A stretch of 64,000 nucleotides of DNA from the human T2T-CHM13v2.0 reference genome, Homo sapiens, in the NCBI RefSeq assembly GCF_009914755.1, contig NC_060929.1. One strand, 5' to 3'. How positions within the stretch are numbered: position 1 is the stretch's first letter; the number at the start of each line of letters is the position of its first letter. A program made the position numbers and the translations under genes. Positions 52,846 through 64,000 of this stretch are shown in pieces. Below the pieces are notes generated by a model, which was given only the letters and a program-made list of their open reading frames with translations, made no database searches and had not been told where the DNA came from.

Positions 52846-54477
52846 TACACCAGCGATCTTTGTTAGTCACAAAATGCTAATTTTTTCAATGATCATCATC
52901 AGATTTTATGTTTGTTGTTCAAAATGTCGTCTTAAGGCAGTGAAGCAATAGAAGTTGTAGATTACTCTTCATGAACACATCTAATTCAAGCTTTCTCCTT
53001 CAATGAATATTTGTTTCCTTTTTTTTTAAGTCTTACATTTTACAAAATTTATCTTAGGTCATATTTTGCAGTGATTTTTTAAGCAAACAAATAGAAATCC
53101 CCAGTCATCTCTGTAGATTTGTCATCCTGAAAAGAAATGTCTCTCTGCTTGGGTCCAGATGACAGAGAAGGTGGAACTGTAAGTGTCAGGGAGTATAAGT
53201 GTTGCTTCTTTATGTGACTTTGAAGGACTCATAAACATCAGAGATCTGACTTTCCAGTTCCTTTACATTTTTATGTTTAAATTGCACGTTAACTTCTTTT
53301 GTTTCTCCTTGTGTTTGGGCATTGCAGGATTCTGATAGTTAGCAGTCTTATAGAAAGCTGATAATCCTTAACTGTAGCACTACAAACAACTGCCGTAATA
53401 GTGTATAATTTTTCTGATGTGTTTATGTGCTTAAGTTGGGCGGAGGAGTGAAAATCAAAGGTTATTGCCATTGCCCTTGTTTACTCTAGCATTTAAATTC
53501 CCAGAAAGTGCCTCTGATATTCAACTGCCTACGCCTTTATCATTCATAACTCAGTTTGCAACTGGGGTAAAGATGTGTCTCAGTACCGTGTATTCAGTTG
53601 GGCCCAGATATTGCTAATGGAATTGGCAAGCCTGTTCATTTAGAAATATGGATAAGTGATCACAGCCTTAGCAGTCACTACGCAGTAACATTCCAGAGCT
53701 TCAGCAAAGGAAGTATGACACAACCTGGAAAGATTGTTCCTGGCCACGTGAGCTGTATCATTGAGATGGCTGGACGGGAAGGTAAAGATTTCGGTTCAAA
53801 TTAAGCCGCATCAGCCAGGAGAGATTCAAGCTGTCAGTGTTTTTGAGAACCCAGTTGAAGGGCAGTTTTGCTTTTAACTATGAAACATAACCAGTTTCCT
53901 TTTCCACTTTTGATCATGATTGCCTTTGGTCCATCTTGATGTTGTCTTCATGTTATTTTTTTTTGTTTGAAAAATTGTCTGGTGTTCAAATAAAATTCAT
54001 CTTGCCTTAAATTAAGCATCTATTCCCTGTCAAATGAGCATAGCACCTTAGAGTTTTTTATTTCCTTCCTTCAAGAACACTGCAAAACACATTTTTGAGG
54101 ATAACAACAGTTCTTTCCTGATGCCCTTGATTCTTCAGCTTTTCTCACCTTATTGCCCATACTAGAAGAACCTTTTTCTGAAGTTACTGTTCAGGCGGGT
54201 TAGAGGCCATGCAAAGCATGTGAGTTACAGGCCCTGGGATCTTTCAAGGTTTTGCCACCAACCTGCAATGTGATGTATGTTATGAGTCTGTATAGTTTGC
54301 TTTGTGTAGAGTTAAAAATGTGTCCTCATCTAAGTAAATAATCAGGCTGTGAGAAGGGAGGCACCCTTGGTGCCCTTGTCATCTGTTCCAGAATGGTCAG
54401 AGGTAGGGCCAGGTGTGTGTTTTTTCCTTAGCAGTCAAAAGAGAAAAATCTTTAAAGATTATTTTTTATGTTTATAG

Positions 54478-54570
54478 GTTGCCAACTTGGCCTGTTCCAT
54501 CTCAAATAATGAAGAAGGTGTAAAGCTTGTTCGAATGTCTGCAAGCCAGTTAGAAGCCCTCTGTCCTCAG
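54478..54570 (+). CDS. CTNNA1: CTNNA1 exon 10 (VANLACSISNNEEGVKLVRMSASQLEALCPQ)
   Basis: tttatag| then 93 nt and CAG|gtaaag. Continues the exon 9 frame (phase 0); alpha-catenin sequence. Confidence 0.96.
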
Positions 54571-54802
54571 GTAAAGTACAACTGACACTGGTGACAGCAT
54601 AACCAAATTAAATTTTGATTCAAGTGGAGATGAGGTTTATTTTGTTAAGTTTTGTTTTGTTTTTAGGATTTTAGATGGAAGTCTTGGGGACAGATCACTG
54701 ACACAGAACCCACATAGTTTGGAATATTTTTTGTTTAACATTAAGTGACATTTGCACGGGAGATTACATGTTACTCCTGGCCCTTCATTGAAAATGCACA
54801 GT

Positions 54803-55565
<763 letters not shown>

Positions 55566-57091
55566 TTACCTCACACTATTCACCTATATTCATTTTAATG
55601 GTCAGTATTTGGGTCTCTGTGTTGGAGGAAACCAAATTCACAAGCTAGTCTCTTTATTCTGTAGTGTCATAAAGCAGCCTTATGATACAGATAGTAACTT
55701 AATTTGGCCAGCTTCTGAAGTGAAAGCTCAAGAACTTGTCTCCATTTATAATAGTATATTGGAAGACTGGTGATGAAGCTGTGTTACACATCTGGCCCTC
55801 TAGAAAGACTCTGAAGCACACATGACAGCGAATGCTTTTTAAGTGCCCAGTGTGTTGCCTGCCTCCTGTGAGAAGAGCTGAGTTTGTTTGTCTGGCTTGA
55901 CACTCCTTGTCATTCCAGGGATTTCTAAGGAGTATAAGTGATGATTCAGTAGAAGAGGTTTCCTCTCCACTTTCCCATGTGTAAATTGCTCATGGCATAC
56001 TCTGAGGACTTACCTCTCTTTACATGTCCTGCCAGAAGGCAGTGGCCTCAAATAAAGGAGAGTAAGCAGAGGGACTGGAGAAATGAAATAGAGGTCATAG
56101 GAATGAAGTTGCTATGTTATGTCTGCAACCAATTTTAAAATATTCTGTGACTATTATTTGGCTTTTTTCATGTAAATAATCCCTGACATTCAAGGTAGGC
56201 AACCAAAATAAGTAAAGCCTCTCTCGGTGGTTATTAATCTGTCATTCTCATTGCTACATAGGTTAGTAGGGGATTTGTTCTAACACCTAACCATGTGGAT
56301 TAATTTGCCAATGAGAGTTGCTCTGCCTTAATATTACTGTGATGGACCCATTGTGAATTCACATCATCTGATAGACATTTTCCCAGTGTTAGTCCAGTCC
56401 TGAAATCTGCCAGTCATTGACAGCTGCATAGATATTTGCAATGGATCCAATCACCACATCCAGAAGGATCTTGGATGGCCAAGTTGTATGAGACAGATTT
56501 GAATTTGGATTCTTTCTTCAAGTTTGTTTGCCATTTACCCTATCAGCACTTTGTTTTTAATGTCTTTGGTTTTCCATTTGGTCTTGAAATGCTTGAAAAG
56601 CGACAATGCTTTCACAAATCTGTGGAAACAGATGGTAGCATACACTGATCACACCTACCAAGAGTATTTATATAAATGATCTTAAAACCCAGGAAAAAAA
56701 TCACACGGAGAGTCTAGTAGATCCTAATGAAAATGATGGTGTGCATAACCTGTGTGGCCAAGCCATGTCACATGGGTTTGAGTTAGCCATCAGAAAGCAA
56801 TGTGTCTTCCTCTCCCTTGCAGTTTCATTTTTCCTACTAAAACAGATTTCAAGAGGAATAGGCTTTAGGCAGACAGTGCCCAGACCACACTTGGTACTGG
56901 GTATGTGTCCTGAAAAAAACCATGTTTTTTCAAGTGTGATTATTCTTCAGATTCTCACCTGGGCTCATTGCTACTCTTGCTCACAAACTGCTATGCACAC
57001 AGGACTGGGCAGGTTCAGTAATGGCAAATAAAGTAGGTGTTTACAGACATGGTCACAGCAAACTGGGCATCATGTGCTTGATTTTCAGTAA

Positions 57092-57679
<588 letters not shown>

Positions 57680-58061
57680 TGATTGTGGAGACCTCTGCCT
57701 CCTCTCTTGTGGGCAGTGATCACAAGCACCACGGATCCTGATTTTGAGGTATTCCCTTCCAAGGTCTAGGCAAGTTAATCAACATGTTAGGTAACTAGGG
57801 TAGTTAGTTAATTCACTAGGAGCTTAATTTGGTGTTTTAATATGCTGCAGCATGTAGCCAAACATTTATTATTTTAAAGTGTGTGTTTCTTTATAGTAAG
57901 GCTACTGTTGACCTCTCTTCACAGTGTGGAAGAGGTGCTCAGTGCTTCTAGGATGTATTTTAGTGTTTTATGCCTCATGCCCAGGCTGCTGTACATAGGC
58001 AGCACTACAGTTTGGAGTTGGCTCCTATATGCTATTTTTAGTTTCTGGTGGGGAGAAATGA

Positions 58062-58396
<335 letters not shown>

Positions 58397-58532
58397 TTTC
58401 ATCCCCATTTTAAAGTTTGCCCTATAGCAAATTAACTTTTGAGAGACATAGGAAAATCCATTCTACAGTACTCACTTTTTAGCAGTTAAACAACTTTAAC
58501 TGGAAACATTTGAGATAGTAAAGTTGAGTTCA

Positions 58533-58856
<324 letters not shown>

Positions 58857-59504
58857 CTATATTTTGTTGGGAGAAGGAACCCACATTTTTTGGCGATTTG
58901 TTATCATTAAGAAAAGAGGAGGTAGGTCGGCTCTCTCTCTGCATTGCCTTCTACTTGATGGCTACTTTCTCTCACTCTTTTCTCTGGAAAGGGACCTGCC
59001 TCCATCCGAGCAGAGCGCCCCGGTCTCACAAACTTTTACGAGGAAGCAGTTTACAAATTGGTTTGGGAAGAGACCAGAATCTGTACCCTTTGTATCCCAG
59101 GCATTATGTTTTGCTTGTGAATGTGCCCGTTTTAGTCTATAGTAGCTGCTTTAAATATTTTAATTTTTAAATTCAAAACCATTTGGTGTGCTGGTCAGGA
59201 AGAAGAAACAAAAACACAAAAACCCCAAACCTTGCAAACAGCAGCAGGTTTCTGACATTTTGAGTCTTTAAAATCAGAGGAGGGCATTTTGGAGATTATC
59301 TCACTCAATATTTTTTCTTAGTTCATTATGCAAGAATGAGCATTACACATTCGTATTAACATTAAGTTAATACAAATCTGGCACTTAAATAATTTATAAT
59401 GCCTGGTTTAATGCATGGCTTTTCTTGGAAATTTACACAAAGGATGAATTAAGTATATGAAGCCTCTACTTATCTACATTTTTTTCTTTCCTCCCCCCCC
59501 ACCC

Positions 59505-59780
59505 TTTTTTTTTTTAAGAGACAGGTTTTCACTCTGTTACCCAGGCTAGAGTGCAGTGGTGCCATCATGAATCACTGCAGCCTTGACCTCCTAGGTTTAA
59601 GCAGTCCTTGCACCTCAGCCTCTGAGTAGCTGGGACCACAGGTGGACTCCACCACACTTGGCTAATTTTTAAAATTTTTTGTTTGCCCAGGCTGGTCTCA
59701 AACTCCTGAGGTCAGGTGATCCTCCCACCTGAGCCTCCCAAAGTGCTGGGATTTCAGCCTGTGAGCCACTGTCCCAGGTC
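59505..59780 (-). mobile_element. AluJ
   Basis: Diverged Alu. Confidence 0.85.
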
Positions 59781-60334
59781 TCTTTTTTCTTTTGGTATTT
59801 CTCACTCACTAAATTGAGAAGTTACTTCTGAAATTGTTCATTCTTCCTTCTGCCTCCCTAGATTTATCTTCCATATTGCTTCTTCTGTCATTGTGCTTAT
59901 GGGAACCCTGATCATATTTGTGGCTGACATGCTTGACACACATCAAATAAGCATAAACTCAGGCTGGCCTGGCCCCTAGCTCTAGGTGGGAAAATACATG
60001 GCCCTTAAAGGAGCACCCCATACATACAGGACGGGGCAGACCTGTGGCTTCAGCTGTCACTTAACCTATTATTTCACAATCATGGGACCATCTGTCTTTG
60101 AATCGCTTCACTTTTCCACTTTGGTATTCTCTAATCTGGTTTTTTACAAAGCAGTTTCACAGAGAACTCAAGGGAGATGCTTCTTACTAAAAGTTTCTCT
60201 GAGCATTTTCTGTATCCTCCCATCTCTACCCTTCTGTGCCTCCCACCCCTCCTTGACTGAGGTCTACAGGTAACAGCCCCACAGAGGTGCTGTGCTCTTT
60301 TCATAAGGCTTGCCTGTTGCTTTGCTGATTTCTG

Positions 60335-60800
60335 TATCTTAAAATTGGAAAGTGTTTCCTACTTTTCTTTTTTTTTTTTTTTTTTTTTTTTTGGAAAAAT
60401 CTGTGTATATTTGGTATTAGTTCTTTGTATGTTTGGGAGAATTTACCAGTGAAGCCTGGTAACTGTTAAACTCTAGCTGGGCCTGGAATTTGCTTTGTGG
60501 GAAGGTTTTTAATGATGACTGCAGTTTCTTTAATAGACAGGGATATTTAGGGTTTTTTTAATTCTTGAGTGAGCTTTGGTAATTTGTCTTTCATTAATTT
60601 TCTACTCTTTGTTTTCTTCCTTCTGCTTGCTTTGGGTTTAATTTGCTCCTTTTCTAGTTTTAAAATTGGAAGCTTTAACTCATTGCCTTGAGACCTTCCT
60701 TCCTCCTTTTCTAAGGTAACATTTAAACATTTTAATACTATAAATTTCCCTCGAAGCACTGTTTTAGCTGCCCCACAAATTTTTATTATGATGTGTTAAA
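60335..60800 (-). mobile_element. L1 ORF2 remnant
   Basis: ORF 60547-60759 (LRGKFI...KLEKEQIKPKASRRK) resembles the L1 ORF2p region just after the endonuclease domain. Confidence 0.8.
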
Positions 60801-60809
60801 TATGGTTAG

Positions 60810-62420
60810 GATGGGCAGGAAGGACTCACTGAGAAAGTGATGTATAAACAAAGACCTGAAGGAAATGACAGAGCAAACCACGGAGGATGTCTCAGGGGAG
60901 AGAGCTCCAGGCAGAGAGAACAGCAAGTGCAAAAGCTTGGAGGAAGGAGATCAGATATCTAAAACAAGTTTAGGGACTGCAGGGCCTTTGGAGGCCTTGG
61001 TCGTAGGCCTTTGGCTTTTAATTTGAGATGGGAAACCATTGAAGGGTTTTGAGTAGAAGAGTGACATGAGCTTACTTAGGTTGTAACAAGATCTCGGCCA
61101 TGCGCAGTGCCTTACACCTATAATCCCAGCACTTTGGGAGGCCAAGACACAGTGACTACTTGAGCCCAGGAATTCTAGAACAGCCTGAGCAACATAGTGA
61201 GACCCTGTATCTATAAAAATAAAAAATCTGCCAGGCATGGTGGTGCAAGGCTACAGTCCTGGCTACATGGAAGGCCGAGGTGGGAGGATTGCTTGAATCC
61301 AGAGGTCGAGGGTATAGTGAGCCATGATTGTGCCCCTGCACTCCAGCCTGGGTGACAGAGTGAGACCCTGTCTCAAAAACAAAAAACCAAGATCTCTCTG
61401 ACTTCTGTGAAGAGGGAAAGAAGCAGAGAGGCTCTTTAGGAAATTGCAGTACACAGAATAATGGCCTCCCAAACATGTCAATTTCCTAATTCCCTAAGCC
61501 CAGGAATGTATCACCTCACATGGCAAAGGGGACTCTGCAGGGATGAATAAATTAAGGATCTTTAGATGGAAAGATTATCCTAGATTATCCCAGTGGACCC
61601 CCCCCCAATATAATCATAAGTGTCCTTATATGAGGGAGGCAGGGGCATCAGAGGCAGAGAAGAAAATACAGTGATGGAAGCAGAGGCTGGCCACAAGTCA
61701 AGTAATGTGGGCAGCCTCAGGAATTTGGAGAAGTTAAGGGCTGGCTTTTTCACTAGAACCTCCAGAAGGAACACAGATTTGATGATAATGTTGTTGATTT
61801 TAGCTCTGTAAGACCCATTTCAGAATTCTGATGTCCAGAAACTGTAAGATAATAGATTTGTGTTGTTTTAAGCCACTACATTTGTGGTAATTTATTACAG
61901 AAGCAATAGTAGACTAAAACAGATGGTATTGTACTAATCCAGGCAAGAGTACAGTGGATATGGTGAGCACTGGTTAGAGTCTGGATATATTTTGAAGGTG
62001 AACTTTACTGAAGGATTAGATGTGAGGTGAGAGAGAAAAAGAGTCAGGGAATATAACACAGTTTGGAGCCTAAGCAGCTGGAAGGACGGAGTTCCCATTT
62101 ATTTTGGTAAGGAAAGATGGTTTGGGGAAAGAGATAAGTTTTGGACATGTTATTTTTGAGGTGCCTATTAGACATGCAAGATGCATGTCATGTTGAGGGC
62201 AGAGGTCTGAACAGGATGTGTAAATGTGAGACATCACCAAGGGAGTGAGTCTACGTGAAGGAAAGATCTGGGAGTGGAACTGGGGTCCCTAACATTGAGA
62301 GTTTCAGGAGGTGAGCAGTGGCCAGCACAGGAGCCTGAGGAAGCACTGTCAGGACCAGAGCCCCGGAAGCTGACTGTGTCTTAGAAGCCAAGTGAAAGAA
62401 AAAAAAGCGGGGGAGTTTCT
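60810..62420 (-). mobile_element. L2 remnant interrupted by AluJ (+, ~61096-61388) and an MLT1-type LTR (+, ~61447-61921)
   Basis: L2 motifs (cagcaagtgcaaa, gggaaaccattgaagggttttgag, ggatatattttgaaggt, ttttggacatgtt...tttgaggtgcct). MLT1 motifs (aataatggcctccc, catggcaaagggactctgcag, gttgttttaagccact...tttgtggtaattt). Confidence 0.75.
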
Positions 62421-62574
62421 AGGAAAAGATTAGATGAGATTGCCCAGGGGTGGGAAGAGTAGAAAGAGGAGAGAAGGCAGCATAGGACTGAGCTTTGAGG
62501 AAATCCCAACACCTTAGAAGAAGATGAGAGAGCAAAGGAGACAAAGACAAAATAGCCAGAATGATGGAAACAAA

Positions 62575-62800
62575 ACGGAAATAGTGTTTGAGAAAATCCA
62601 ACATCCATTCCTGATAGAACACTTTACAAACTAGGAAAAGGAGGGAACTTCCTTAGCCTGATAAAGAATCTCCATGAACAGTTGATAGCTAACATTATAC
62701 TTAATGGTAAAAACTGAATGCTTTCCCTGTATGATCAGAAATAGGACAAGGACGTCCACCCTTGCCACCCTTATGTCACACTGTACTGGGGCTCAAGCCA
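62575..62800 (+). mobile_element. L1 ORF2 (RT region) remnant
   Basis: aaaatccaacatccattcctgata...actagga...gagggaacttcctta.cctgataaag...gctaacattatacttaatggt...ctgaatgctttccc. Confidence 0.8.
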
Positions 62801-63450
62801 ACAACAGCATTTTAAAAGTTACGATCAGTACAGTGATCGTGCCTAGTTGGGGGCTCCTTGCAAATTTAATAGTAACATGAATTTCCATTTTTAAAATTAT
62901 AAGTAAGAGTAAACTCCCCCCAACCAATAGCTGTTTTCTCATCATTTACACTTTACCTTAAGTAAGTGGTCCATTCCTGTCCCTGTTTTTCTACTGCTGT
63001 TTTGGTGTTTTCCTTATTGATATACCTAATACTGTATATTTAATCTGTAATATATATTTAAATACAGACATACATAATTGAATTTATAGGTTGACGTCTC
63101 CCATTGTTATTTTGAAATAGAGTTTTCTAAGACATAAATATTGTGACTAATGGTGACTTAGTATATATGGCGACTTAGTATATAACTGAAGTGACTTTTT
63201 TTTTTAACTTTCGTTCAGTTTTTTTTTGTTTGTTTTTGTTTTTTAACTTTCATTCAGTTTCGTTGAAACTGTTCGTTTCTTTACAGATTTAACCTTTACA
63301 TATTTCGTTTGAAATGCTTTGTGAGAGATCTGACCCTCCCTTCATTTTGTATTCTGTTTTTTTTCCTGGCATATAGAAAGGCTGTTGGTTTTTACTATTT
63401 TATATTGTCTTTAGTTACATTAATGAACTTTTATTCTAAGAGTTTTTTCA

Positions 63451-63789
<339 letters not shown>

Positions 63790-64000
63790 TCATTTTTCTA
63801 ACAGTTTTTCCTATTATTTTCATTTCTCACCTTATTTCTTTGGCTAGAAAGTCCATTATATTATTATTTAACCAATGGTGACAGTAAGTATTCCAATTAA
63901 TAACATCTTGATTTTTTAAGGTAAATGATTTTATAGTTTCACAGCTCAGTGTCATGTTGGATGATTAAAGTAGCATGTTAAGGACATATCTATATATTTT

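Noticed and set aside
60547-60759. 70-aa lysine-rich ORF
   Set aside because: A decayed L1 ORF2 fragment, not a host gene.

Overview
Primate (almost certainly human) genomic DNA from inside CTNNA1 (alpha-E-catenin, + strand). The window starts in the large intron 7 and contains three coding exons: 36340-36420, 37618-37770 and 54478-54570 (exons 8-10 by recalled numbering, aa ~355-463). Nested antisense in intron 7 is the complete two-exon LRRTM2 gene. Its CDS is 25029-25026 plus 24674-23128 (516 aa), its 3'UTR runs ~4 kb to ~19050, and its compact CRE/TATA promoter at ~25490-25560 looks bidirectional. The rest is intronic and repeat-rich: ~40 Alu copies or fragments (one a human-specific AluYb8), ERV1/MaLR solo LTRs, a Tigger2-type DNA transposon, MIR/L2/L1 remnants and microsatellites. 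The LRRTM-in-catenin nesting and the N-terminally truncated CTNNA1 isoform are established biology, and I see no new protein-coding system. The most promising less-described layers are regulatory: a splice-dependent uORF overlapping the LRRTM2 start codon; G-quadruplex motifs confined to the distal 3'UTR isoform; a poly(A)-signal versus splice-donor arrangement on the CTNNA1 side of the promoter; candidate cryptic or poison exons; inverted AluY copies around exon 10; and an unexplained hairpin upstream of exon 9. Repeat boundaries and subfamily names were judged by eye and are approximate.
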